Part shown: positions 17,450 through 26,523 of the stretch, piece by piece
How the letters are laid out: the number at the start of each line of letters is the position of its first letter
Numbering within the stretch: position 1 is the first letter of the stretch
Source: an uncultured Nitrososphaerota archaeon
GTDB taxonomy: Archaea; Korarchaeota; Korarchaeia; Korarchaeales; Korarchaeaceae
Length of the DNA stretch: 64,000 nt
Direction of reading: 5' to 3'
NCBI GenBank assembly: GCA_964594835.1
Contig: CAZQNA010000001.1
Location: forward strand, 128,001 to 192,000
Made by a program: the position numbers and the translations under genes
The notes under the pieces: model-generated
Databases searched by the model: none
The model's input: the letters and a program-made list of their open reading frames with translations, nothing else
Told to the model about the DNA's origin: nothing

Positions 17450-17524
17450 GGGGGCGGGCGATGATTAGAGCGAACATCATTCGAAGGGAGGATGTGAATC
17501 CCAGCTCACGCTGAGTCCGCCCCC
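17450..17524 (+). ncRNA. C/D-box guide sRNA with guides complementary to the 23S A-loop and 2573-2583 region
   Basis: Stem GGGGGCGGGC/GTCCGCCCCC; C GATGA, D' TCGA, C' GGATGT, D CTGA; guides GCGAACA and CCCAGCTCACG; TTAAAA about 25 nt upstream. Confidence 0.85.
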
Positions 17525-17583
17525 CACGGTTTAACCTGATCCGACGCGATAAGTTGAATAGCCTCCCAGCCCAGGCTCCAACC

Positions 17584-18150
17584 GTGAGGTCGGTAGATCT
17601 CCACAGGGAGTCCGCCAGGTCCAGGCTGACCTTCGCGGTGTTCGTCGTCAGCTCCTCGAGGTACGAGTTGAAGTCCCGGGGGGAGGCCTTCGTCGACGAG
17701 AGCGGAGACGTGGCGGTCAGCCTCATAGAGTCGGCTGGCCACGTCGTCGTGAGGAGGGACATCCTCCCCGACTCGGTCCCGGAGATAGGGGAGGCGCTGA
17801 GGGCCGCCGCCGGCAGCGCGGACGTGGTCCTCTTCATCGGCGGTACGGGTCCCCACCCGAGGGACGTCACGGTCGAGGCCGTCCGACCCGCGTTCTCCAA
17901 GGAACTACCCGGCTTCGGGGAGCTCTTCAGGATGCTCAGCTACGAGCAGGTGGGGCCCGCTGCCTTCCTGTCGAGGGCCACGGCGGGCGTGGTCGAGGGG
18001 TCCGTGGTCTTCTGCCTCCCAGGCTCCCCTGACGGGATAAGGCTCGCCCTCGAGAGGCTCATCCTGCCCGAGGCGGAGCACGCCGTCTGGGTGGCGAGGG
18101 GCTACAGGCACGCTCACGGCTCGGGTCGCCAAGACGACCCGGGGGGCTGA
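17584..18150 (+). CDS. moaB: Molybdopterin adenylyltransferase MoaB/MogA
   Basis: DESG, ILPD, GGTGPHPRDVTVEA, KELPGFGELFR, LSRATAG, FCLPGS. Confidence 0.92.
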   Translation: MRSVDLHRESARSRLTFAVFVVSSSRYELKSRGEAFVDESGDVAVSLIESAGHVVVRRDILPDSVPEIGEALRAAAGSADVVLFIGGTGPHPRDVTVEAVRPAFSKELPGFGELFRMLSYEQVGPAAFLSRATAGVVEGSVVFCLPGSPDGIRLALERLILPEAEHAVWVARGYRHAHGSGRQDDPGG

Positions 18151-18152
18151 GC

Positions 18153-20156
18153 TCAGCCGACCCGGGGGTCGTGGATTATCTCCCCGGTCCTTTCGTCCGC
18201 CTCTATGCCGGGTAGCCTGCTTAGGGCCTCGCGGAACTCGTCGGACCTTAGGGTCTCGAGGACGACCTGGACCCCGCGCTTCGAAAGGCGGTCGATCCTC
18301 ACCAAGAAGTCGTACCGCTCCCTCCAGAGGGGTATGAAGTCCAGCCCCCTCAGCCTCGCGGCCGCCTCTATCCCGGGGCCGATGTCCACGATCCCTTCCC
18401 TGACCGCCGAGGCCACCGCCGCGTGGGACTTCGCGGCGCTCATGTACCCCCGGATCGACGACCTCAGCTCCTCCGCGCTCACCCCCCTCTCCCCTGCCAA
18501 CCTCTCGGTCAGCCAGTCCATCAGGATCCTGGTTCCCGAGCCCGGGTTTCTGTTCAGCATCCTGACGTCGGGCCTCAGGAGGTCCTCCACTCCCCCTATT
18601 CCCTTGGGGTTCCCGGGGGCGACCATCAGGCCCTGGATCCTCGAGTACCCCCTGACGAGCAGGGCGATCTTGGACACGCCCATGGGCTCGAGGAACGGGA
18701 GGTTGTACTCGCCCGTGGTCGGATCCAGGGCGTGGACCCCGGCCAGGTCGGCCTCCCCCTTCCTCACGGCCAGGAACCCGCCCGTCGAGCCCACGGAGAC
18801 CACCTTCACCCTGCCCCCCCTGAGCCTCGGCCTCGCGATCCTGAGGAGCTCCTCCAGCCCGAGGCAGTGGCTCCCCACGATGGACAGGTCCGCAGGCCCC
18901 CTGTCCGGGTCTAGGAGGGTGACCACCACTGGCTCGCCCTCCTCCAGGTACTCCACCTCCTCCGGCACTTCTAGGATCCCGTCGGCCCGGGCAAACGTGG
19001 TTATGGCCTCAGAGCCACCGGGAACCTTGAACGCCAGCACCTCGCCCTCGGCCGTCCTCACGAGGTGCACCGGGAGGAAGTCCCGCCTCCCCCTGGCGAC
19101 CCTGGTCCTCTCGGCCAGCTTGGCCCTGACCCTCAGGGACTCAGGCTCGGGCTCCAGTCCGGCCAGGTACCTGATCACGGGCGCGACGAACACCCTGTAG
19201 GCGGTCATCGCGCTGGTCGGGTTGCCTGGCAGTCCGAAGGCGAGCTTTCTGCCGACCTGAGCCATGACGGTGGGCTTCCCCGGGTGCATGGCCACGCCGT
19301 GGACGAACACCCCGGGCGCCCCGATCCCGTCCAGCACCCTGTAGATGACATCCCCCGCCCCCGCGCTGGTGCTTCCCGAGACGACGAGGAGGTCTGCCAC
19401 CGACAGCCCCCTCTCGATCGCCCCCGCTATCTCAGACTCCACGTCGCCGACTATACCAAGGTAGATGGGTTCCCCCCCGTCCCCCCTTATGGAGGCGCAG
19501 AGGGCCGGGCCGTTTATGTCGTAGATCCTCCCGTACTCGAGGTCCTCCCCCTGAGCGGCCAGCTCGTCTCCAGTGCTGATCACGGCGACCCTCGGCCGGG
19601 AGTAGACCCTCACGGTCCGGATGCCGGCGGCGGCCAGCACGCCGACCTCCCTCGGCCCGACGACGTCTCCCCTCCAGGCCAGGGTCTCTCCGAGGTTGAC
19701 GTCCCTGCCGGCGGACTGGACGTTCTCGCCGGGCGCGACGGCCCTGTACACGAGGACCTCTCCACCAGACCGGCGGGTGTACTCGACCATCACGACCGCG
19801 TCGGCCCCCGGGGGCAGGGGCGCCCCAGTCGCTATCTCGACGGCCTCACCCTCCCCCACCGACCCGCTGAAGGGGTGGCCGGCCGAGGCCACTCCCACGA
19901 CCCTGAGCGCCGCGGGCCTCTCCTCGTCTGCCCCGAAGGTGTCCTCCGCGCGCACCGCGAACCCGTCCTTGGTGGCCCTGTCGAAGCTGGGGATGTCCAC
20001 CGGGGACACCACGTCCTCCGCCAGCACCCTGCCCAGCGCCTCGGAGAGCGTGACCTCCTCCACCCTCCTTTTCATCTCCCGAACGCGGGACCAGATCTCA
20101 TCCCTGGCCCCGTCTACAGAGCTGAGCCTCCTGAAGATCCTCCTATCTTCCCTCAT
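18153..20156 (-). CDS. moeA: MoeA fused to PBP/LysR substrate-binding domain
   Basis: DGFAVRA, EIATGA, ISTGDEL, HGVAMHPGKP, GLPGNP; C-terminal GSHC, VGSTGG, NRNPGSGTR. Confidence 0.93.
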   Translation of the reverse strand: MREDRRIFRRLSSVDGARDEIWSRVREMKRRVEEVTLSEALGRVLAEDVVSPVDIPSFDRATKDGFAVRAEDTFGADEERPAALRVVGVASAGHPFSGSVGEGEAVEIATGAPLPPGADAVVMVEYTRRSGGEVLVYRAVAPGENVQSAGRDVNLGETLAWRGDVVGPREVGVLAAAGIRTVRVYSRPRVAVISTGDELAAQGEDLEYGRIYDINGPALCASIRGDGGEPIYLGIVGDVESEIAGAIERGLSVADLLVVSGSTSAGAGDVIYRVLDGIGAPGVFVHGVAMHPGKPTVMAQVGRKLAFGLPGNPTSAMTAYRVFVAPVIRYLAGLEPEPESLRVRAKLAERTRVARGRRDFLPVHLVRTAEGEVLAFKVPGGSEAITTFARADGILEVPEEVEYLEEGEPVVVTLLDPDRGPADLSIVGSHCLGLEELLRIARPRLRGGRVKVVSVGSTGGFLAVRKGEADLAGVHALDPTTGEYNLPFLEPMGVSKIALLVRGYSRIQGLMVAPGNPKGIGGVEDLLRPDVRMLNRNPGSGTRILMDWLTERLAGERGVSAEELRSSIRGYMSAAKSHAAVASAVREGIVDIGPGIEAAARLRGLDFIPLWRERYDFLVRIDRLSKRGVQVVLETLRSDEFREALSRLPGIEADERTGEIIHDPRVG
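19989..20061. repeat. 73-bp exact direct repeat, copy 1 (in moeA-PBP)
   Basis: Base-for-base identical to 22009-22081. Confidence 0.9.
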
Positions 20157-20917
20157 ACGATCCCCCACGCCTGCAGCGCCATCCTGATCGCCACCAGCAT
20201 GAGGAAGGCGGCGAATATGCGTCTGACCGTCGTCCCCCTCAGCCCCATGGTCTTCTTGGCGCCCGCCCTGGCTCCCAGGACGAGGCCCGCCGCCGTTATC
20301 AGGGCGATGAGGGGGTGCCCCCGGCCCTCCATGTAGTGGGTCGTCGCCCCCACGGAGGACGTTATGGCGATCATGAACATGGAGGTGGCGACCGCCGTCT
20401 TGGCCCCCAGGCCGCAGACCAGGACCAGTATGGGGACCTTGATGGTCCCTCCCCCTATGCCCAGGAGTCCGCTGAACGCCCCCGCGAGGAAGGACACGCC
20501 CATCGCGACCGCTAGCCTCGAACACCCCCTCCCAACGCCGTCGTCCGAGCCCCCGCGCCTCCGGAGCATGTTCACCGAGACCACCCCGAGGACGACGGCG
20601 AAGGCCATCCTCAGCGCCCTCTCCGGGACCGCCGTCACCGCCCTGGCCCCCGCGTAGGCTCCGATTGTCGTGGTGAGTTCAAGCGTGATGCCCAGCCTGT
20701 AGTCGATGAGGTCCCTGTACACGAGGATGGAGCTCAGGGCCGTGAGCGGCATGGTCATGAGGCTGGTGGCGACGGCAGACTTCATGTCCATCCCGAGCAC
20801 CAGGCTGTAGAGGGGGACCAGCAGAGTACCGCCGCCCGTCCCCGTCATGGCGCTCACGGCCCCTATCCCCAGTCCGCCGACCGCCGCGAGCAGAACCCTC
20901 AGGTCCACTCTCTCCAC
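20153..20917 (-). CDS. TSUP/TauE/SafE sulfite-exporter family protein
   Basis: GTGGGTLLVP and GIGGGTIKVP repeats, AVATS motifs, about 8 TM. Confidence 0.9.
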   Translation of the reverse strand: MERVDLRVLLAAVGGLGIGAVSAMTGTGGGTLLVPLYSLVLGMDMKSAVATSLMTMPLTALSSILVYRDLIDYRLGITLELTTTIGAYAGARAVTAVPERALRMAFAVVLGVVSVNMLRRRGGSDDGVGRGCSRLAVAMGVSFLAGAFSGLLGIGGGTIKVPILVLVCGLGAKTAVATSMFMIAITSSVGATTHYMEGRGHPLIALITAAGLVLGARAGAKKTMGLRGTTVRRIFAAFLMLVAIRMALQAWGIV

Positions 20918-22176
20918 CTCTCGTAGGGGGTCAGGAGCTCGACTGGGACCTCAGACCCCTCTGGAAAACCCTCCACGTCTTCCGGAACCTCAACCAGGCC
21001 GTCAGCCCTCACGAGAGAGCTCAGTATCCCAGAGCCGCTGACCCCGACCGGGTCCGCCAGCAGGACGCCCCCCGCGCCCTCGCTTAGCCTGACCCTGGCG
21101 AAGTGCCTCACCCCGGGGGAGGAGGGTATCGGCCTGACGAGCCTGCCCCTGACCACAGGGCTGAGGGGCGTCCACCTGAGCCCCAGCATCCTCCATATCA
21201 CTGGGGCGACGAAGAGCCTGAAGTCCATGGCGGCCGCCACGGGGTAACCCGGCAGGCCTATCCACGGCCTCCCGTCAGGGAGCCTGGCCAGCAGGGCCGG
21301 TCGTCCCGGCATGGCGGCGACGCCGTGGATCAGGATCTCGCCTCCAGACTCCAGGACTCCCCTGTAGACCACGTCCGCCCTCCCGACGCTGGTCCCCCCG
21401 GTGGTCACCACGAGGTCGGCGTCCCGGGCTCGGCCGACGACCTCCGCCAGCTCTCGAGGGTCGTCCTCGACGATCCCCAGGTAGACGGGCTCTCCCCCCT
21501 CCTGCCTGATCATGGCCTCTACCATGAACCTGAGCGAGTTCGGCACCTTCCCGAGGGGGACCTCGCCGCCCACCTCCACGATCTCGTCCCCGGTGCACGC
21601 AACCGCCACCCTGGGCCTCCTCCTGACGGCCACCCGGGGGACGTTCAGCTCAGCTAGGAGGCCGATCTCGTATGGTCCGAGGGGCGTCCCGGCCTTGAGG
21701 ACCACCTCTCCACGCTTCACGTCCTCTCCCGGCCTTGCCACGTTCTTCCAGGCTGGAACCTGGGTGTAGACCTCAACCGAGGACTCGAGCTCCTCGGAGT
21801 ACTCCACCGGAACCACGGCGTCGGCGCCCTCGGGCAGGTACGCCCCTGTGTAGATCCTCACCGCCTCCCCGGGAGAGAGGGCCCGGTCCGGCGGCCTCCC
21901 GGCTCGCACCTCCCCCACGAGCCTCAGGGAGACTGGAGACTCTGTGGAGGCCCCGAGGACATCCCTCGACCTCACGGCGTATCCGTCGAGGGCCGCCCTG
22001 GGTCTCGGGGGGATGTCCACCGGGGACACCACGTCCTCCGCCAGCACCCTGCCCAGCGCCTCGGAGAGCGTGACCTCCTCCGGATCCGTCGGGTCGAGCC
22101 TCACCGACCTCAGGTACACGGCCCTGGCGTCCTCAATCCTGGTGAGCCTGCGGAACCCCCTCCAGACGTGGCTCAT
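20899..22176 (-). CDS. moeA: Molybdopterin molybdotransferase MoeA
   Basis: ALDGYAVRS, IYTGA.LP.GADAVVPVE, CTGDEI, TGGTSVG, GLPGYP. Confidence 0.93.
   Translation of the reverse strand: MSHVWRGFRRLTRIEDARAVYLRSVRLDPTDPEEVTLSEALGRVLAEDVVSPVDIPPRPRAALDGYAVRSRDVLGASTESPVSLRLVGEVRAGRPPDRALSPGEAVRIYTGAYLPEGADAVVPVEYSEELESSVEVYTQVPAWKNVARPGEDVKRGEVVLKAGTPLGPYEIGLLAELNVPRVAVRRRPRVAVACTGDEIVEVGGEVPLGKVPNSLRFMVEAMIRQEGGEPVYLGIVEDDPRELAEVVGRARDADLVVTTGGTSVGRADVVYRGVLESGGEILIHGVAAMPGRPALLARLPDGRPWIGLPGYPVAAAMDFRLFVAPVIWRMLGLRWTPLSPVVRGRLVRPIPSSPGVRHFARVRLSEGAGGVLLADPVGVSGSGILSSLVRADGLVEVPEDVEGFPEGSEVPVELLTPYERWREWT
22009..22081. repeat. 73-bp exact direct repeat, copy 2 (in moeA)
   Basis: Base-for-base identical to 19989-20061. 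Confidence 0.9.
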
Positions 22177-22262
22177 TGGACTCGGGCCCGCCCCCTGGAT
22201 GGGTCGTAAAAAGTGTGGCCTGGCCGCCCGGGTTTATTGGCCCCCGGGGGGGAGGTGAAACC

Positions 22263-23006
22263 GTGGGCCTCCTGAGGGAGATCCTCGACCTGCTCCGCGG
22301 AGATCTGGAGGAGTCGACGGTCGTCGACCTGGCGGTCAGCTTCCCCTACACGGGGGTCCTCCTTGACCGGCGGAGGCTGGGGGTGTGCTACACCGTCCTG
22401 GAGGGGAGGAGTCACGAGAGGGACCCGCCCCCGGGGAGGGCCAGGGGGGTCAGGGCGATCACCCTGGCCAGGCTGGCCTCGTCCCCGACGGGGGTCGAGT
22501 CCTCCATAGGCGTGGCGACGCTCTCCGCCGCGGCCAGACCCGGCGAGTACCTGAGGGCCGACCCCCTCGACGTGCTCGACCTGAGGCCGGACGACAGGGT
22601 CTGCGTCCTCGGAAACTTCCCGAGGACATACCTAGACCGCCTGAGGAGATCGGTCTCCAAGCTCTGGGTGCTGGAGAGGCCTCCGAGGATCTCCCGGGGG
22701 ACGCTTCCGGACTGGGCCGTGGAGGAGCTCGCCCCCAGCTGCACCGTGCTCCTGGCCACCGGGTCGACCATCCCAAACAAGACCCTGGAGAGGGCGCTCG
22801 AGCTGGCCTCGGACGCGCGCGAGAGGATCGTGGTCGGACCGAGCGTTCCCCTGGTCCCCGAGCCCTTTGAGTCCAGGGGGGTGACGGCCCTGGCGGGCGT
22901 GAGGTTCACCGACCCTGAGTCGGCAATGCGGGTCGTGGCCGAGGGAGGCGGGACCAGAGACCTGAGGCCGCACTCGGAGAAGGTCCTGATGCGCCTGCGC
23001 GGCTGA
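22263..23006 (+). CDS. DUF364 (putative heavy-metal-chelation Rossmann-like) protein
   Basis: SIGVATLSA, VLGNFP, LATGSTIPNKTL, VGPSVP, V.EGGG; GTG after GGAGGTGA. Confidence 0.85.
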   Translation: MGLLREILDLLRGDLEESTVVDLAVSFPYTGVLLDRRRLGVCYTVLEGRSHERDPPPGRARGVRAITLARLASSPTGVESSIGVATLSAAARPGEYLRADPLDVLDLRPDDRVCVLGNFPRTYLDRLRRSVSKLWVLERPPRISRGTLPDWAVEELAPSCTVLLATGSTIPNKTLERALELASDARERIVVGPSVPLVPEPFESRGVTALAGVRFTDPESAMRVVAEGGGTRDLRPHSEKVLMRLRG

Positions 23007-23096
23007 GCGCCCCCCACGAGTCGGCCCCGGCCGCGCGAGGGCTGGCCAGGGATCGGACAACCTCAATATACCCTCCGCGGGGGGTCGAGCGGGGGG

Positions 23097-25748
23097 ATGA
23101 TCTCCCGGGCCGAGAGGAGGTACAGCTACGAGGAGGTGCTGTCGAGGCTCGACCCGACGGTGGCCGAGTGGTTCTCGACGAGTTTCAGCTCGCTCTCTCC
23201 CCCGCAGGAGTACGCGGTGGTGCCGATACTTGAGGGGAGGAACGTCCTGGTCTCGAGCCCGACCGGCACGGGGAAGACCCTGGCCGCCTTCCTGGGGATC
23301 GTCAGCAGGCTCTTCTCCCTGGCCAGGAGGGAGGAGCTGGAGGACAGGATCTACGCCGTCTACGTCTCGCCCCTGCGGGCCCTCAACAACGACATCTACA
23401 GGAACCTGGAGGTCCCCTTGGAGGAGATCTACCGTCTGGCCCGGGAGGAGGGAGTGGAGGCTCAGGAGATCAGGCACGCCGTCAGGACCGGTGATACCCC
23501 TCCCAGCGAGAGGCAGAGGCAGCTGAGGAGACCGCCTCACATCCTGATAACGACCCCGGAGACCCTCGCAATAGTCCTGGTCGCCCCGAAGTTTCGCCGA
23601 CACCTGGAGGGGGTGGAGTGGGTCATAGTCGACGAGATCCACAGCCTGGTGGAGAACAAGAGGGGGGTGCACCTGAGCCTCTCCCTGGAGAGGCTCGAGG
23701 AGCTGGCCGGGCGCCCCCCGGTCAGGATAGGCCTCTCGGCCACGATAAATCCGCTGGAGACGGTGGCCGAGTTCCTGGTCGGCTACAGGGACGGGAGGCC
23801 CAGGGACTGCCTGATAGTGGACGCCAGGTACGCCAAGCCCCTGGACCTGAGGGTTCTCTGCCCCGTGGACGACCTCATCCACACACCGTCGCCCCAGGTG
23901 AGCCAGAGGATGTACGAGCTGCTGGCGGACCTCGTCAGGGGGCACAGGACCACGCTGATATTCACCAACACCAGGAGCGGCACCGAGAGGGTGGTCTTCC
24001 ACCTCAAGAGGCTCCTCAACGAGGGGGTCGAGGACCTCGACGCGGGGGAGTCGATAGCCGCGCACCACAGCTCCCTCTCGAGGCACGTGAGGCACGACGT
24101 CGAGGAGCGCCTCAAGAGGGGTGAGCTGAGGGCGATAGTCTCCAGCACCAGCCTCGAGCTGGGCATAGACATAGGGTACATCGACCTGGTGGCTCAGATA
24201 GGGTCCCCGAAGTCCGTGACCAGGGCCCTCCAGAGGGTGGGGAGGGCGGGCCACAGGCTCCACGAGGTGAGCAAGGGGAGGTTCGTCGTCGTCGACAGGG
24301 ACGACGCCGTCGAGGTCGCGGTCATGGTGAGGGAGGCCCTCAACGGCCACCTCGACAGGGCCCGGATACCAGAGAAGGCGCTGGACGTCCTGGCCCAGCA
24401 CCTGGCCGGCATGGCCGTGGAGAGGAAGTGGGACGCGAGGGAGGCCTTTGAGCTCGTCAGGAGGGCCTATCCCTACAGGGACCTGACCTGGGAGGAGTTC
24501 GAGTCGGTCCTCAGGTACCTGTCGGGAGGGTACTCCGAGCTGGAGACCTACAAGGTGTACGGGAAGATATGGTACGACCCCGAGGAGGGGACGTTCGGCA
24601 GGAGGGGGAGGTACGCGAGGGTCATATACGCCACCAACATCGGCACAATACCTGACGAGGTCGCTGCGAGGGTCTACAGCGTCGAGGACAGCAGGTACAT
24701 CGGAAATCTGGAGGAGGAGTTCGTCGAGCGCCTCTCCCCGGGGGACAGGTTCGTCCTGGCAGGCAGGGTCTACGAGTTCGTGAGGTCCAAGGGCCTGAAG
24801 GTGTACGTGAGGCCGGCCTTTGACCAGAAGCCGACGGTCCCATCCTGGTTTAGTGAGATGCTCCCGCTCAGCTACGACCTGGCGATTCAGGTGGCGAGGT
24901 TCAGGGCCCGCGTCGCGCAGCAGATAGTCGCCGGTCGAGACGAGGGGGAGATCATCGAGGAGATTGCGAGGGAGTGCTCCACGGGCGAGAGGGCCGCCAG
25001 GGCGATATTCGAGTACATCAGGGAGCAGGTCAACTTCCTCAGATCCCTGGGCGTGGAGGACTTCCCCTCGGACGACGTCATCCTGGTGGAGACGTACCTG
25101 TCCGAAGAGGGGAGCGCCTACAGGGTGTTTCACACCCTCGTCGGCAGGAGGGCCAACGACGCCCTGTCCAGAGCCCTGGCCTACCGGGTCGGGGGGAGGG
25201 TCGGCAGGAACCTGGGCGTCGTCGTCGCGGACAACGGTTTCGCCCTCGTGTTCCCGAGAGGCGTGAGACCTCAGGGGCTCCTGAGCGAGCTCGACCCAGA
25301 TGACCTCAGGGGCGTCCTCCGGTCGGCGCTCGCGAACACGGAGCTGCTGAAGAGGAGGTTCCGACACGTTGCTGCCAGGGGCCTGATGATCCTCAGGAAC
25401 TACAAGGGCCACGAGATAAGGGTCAGCAGGCAGCAGGCCAGCGCCGAGACGATTCTCAGGGCCGTATGGGACATAGAAGGCTTTCCCCTGCTCAGGGAGA
25501 CCTTCAGGGAGATCATGGAGGACTTCATGGACGTGGAGACGGCCGAGCTTGTCCTGAGGTCCCTCAAGGACGGCGTCGCCAGGGAGGTGGAGCTCCCGCC
25601 CATGAGGGTCCCATCGCCGTTCTCCCATGGAATAGTGCTGCAGGGGCTCAGCGACGTGGTCCTCATGGAGGACAGGAGGGCAATGCTGGAGAGGTTCCAC
25701 CGCATGGTTCTGGAGTTCGTCGAGGCTCAGCGCGCCGGCGGGGGGTGA
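23097..25748 (+). CDS. lhr: Lhr-core SF2 helicase
   Basis: SPTGTGKT, SPLRALNND, DEIH, GLSAT, STSLELGIDIG, QRVGRAGH, NIGTIPD, SPF.HG. Confidence 0.95.
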   Translation: MISRAERRYSYEEVLSRLDPTVAEWFSTSFSSLSPPQEYAVVPILEGRNVLVSSPTGTGKTLAAFLGIVSRLFSLARREELEDRIYAVYVSPLRALNNDIYRNLEVPLEEIYRLAREEGVEAQEIRHAVRTGDTPPSERQRQLRRPPHILITTPETLAIVLVAPKFRRHLEGVEWVIVDEIHSLVENKRGVHLSLSLERLEELAGRPPVRIGLSATINPLETVAEFLVGYRDGRPRDCLIVDARYAKPLDLRVLCPVDDLIHTPSPQVSQRMYELLADLVRGHRTTLIFTNTRSGTERVVFHLKRLLNEGVEDLDAGESIAAHHSSLSRHVRHDVEERLKRGELRAIVSSTSLELGIDIGYIDLVAQIGSPKSVTRALQRVGRAGHRLHEVSKGRFVVVDRDDAVEVAVMVREALNGHLDRARIPEKALDVLAQHLAGMAVERKWDAREAFELVRRAYPYRDLTWEEFESVLRYLSGGYSELETYKVYGKIWYDPEEGTFGRRGRYARVIYATNIGTIPDEVAARVYSVEDSRYIGNLEEEFVERLSPGDRFVLAGRVYEFVRSKGLKVYVRPAFDQKPTVPSWFSEMLPLSYDLAIQVARFRARVAQQIVAGRDEGEIIEEIARECSTGERAARAIFEYIREQVNFLRSLGVEDFPSDDVILVETYLSEEGSAYRVFHTLVGRRANDALSRALAYRVGGRVGRNLGVVVADNGFALVFPRGVRPQGLLSELDPDDLRGVLRSALANTELLKRRFRHVAARGLMILRNYKGHEIRVSRQQASAETILRAVWDIEGFPLLRETFREIMEDFMDVETAELVLRSLKDGVAREVELPPMRVPSPFSHGIVLQGLSDVVLMEDRRAMLERFHRMVLEFVEAQRAGGG

Positions 25749-26512
25749 CGCGCCTGTTCCTCAGGATTGGCGACATCACGCTCTTCCCCCACGGCGCCAT
25801 GCTCGCCGACGTCGGGGCCCTCGTCGTGGTGGACCTCCACATAGGGTACGAGGAGGTCCTCTTAGAGAGCGGGATACACCTCCCCCGCAGTCAGTACGGC
25901 AGGATCAAGCTGTCCATCGTCGAGGCGCTCGAGAGGTTCGACCCCGACTCGCTGGTCCTGCTGGGGGACGTCAAGCACGAGTTCGGCGGGGCGACCCGGC
26001 AGGAGTGGGTCGAGGTCCTGGACCTCATCCGGAGCCTGAAGAGCACCGTCGACATCCAGGTCGTCCGCGGGAATCACGACAACTACCTGATCCCCATCCT
26101 CAGGAGAGAGGGTATCCCGCTGCTCGACCCGGGCCTCTCCGTGGGCAGGTACTACTTGGTCCACGGCCACAAGCCCCTTGAGGGACTCCCCGAGGGGGCG
26201 GAGTTCCTTGTGATGGGCCACGAGCACCCGGCTGTGGGGCTGAGGGACGAGCTTGGAGTCAAGAGGAAGTTCAAGTGCGCCCTCCTGGGGAGCCTTGACG
26301 ACCTGTCGGTGCTTGTTCTCCCCGCGATGTCCCCGCTGGCCCCCGGCACGGACGTGCTTGCGACTCCGAGGCGGGACCTCCTAAGCCCCATCCTCTCGCG
26401 GCTCGACGTGGGTCAGTTCGAGGTGGTGGTCACCGACGAGGAGGCTGGCACGATGAGGATGGGGACCGTGGCTCAGCTGAGGAGGGTTCAGGGGATACCC
26501 GTCGACCTCTGA
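25745..26512 (+). CDS. Lhr-associated metallophosphoesterase
   Basis: DLHIG, LGDVKH, GNHD, HGH, GHEHP, PAMSP; overlaps the lhr stop. Confidence 0.9.
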   Translation: MTRLFLRIGDITLFPHGAMLADVGALVVVDLHIGYEEVLLESGIHLPRSQYGRIKLSIVEALERFDPDSLVLLGDVKHEFGGATRQEWVEVLDLIRSLKSTVDIQVVRGNHDNYLIPILRREGIPLLDPGLSVGRYYLVHGHKPLEGLPEGAEFLVMGHEHPAVGLRDELGVKRKFKCALLGSLDDLSVLVLPAMSPLAPGTDVLATPRRDLLSPILSRLDVGQFEVVVTDEEAGTMRMGTVAQLRRVQGIPVDL

Positions 26513-26523
26513 GCCCGCCTCGG

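Noticed and set aside
23019-23060. GC hairpin followed by ACA (possible H/ACA RNA)
   Set aside because: No lower stem adjacent to the ACA and no clear K-turn; possibly just a terminator-like hairpin.
22632-25700. 1022-aa minus-strand ORF
   Set aside because: Antisense shadow of the Lhr gene; no motifs; expected from GC-rich codon bias.
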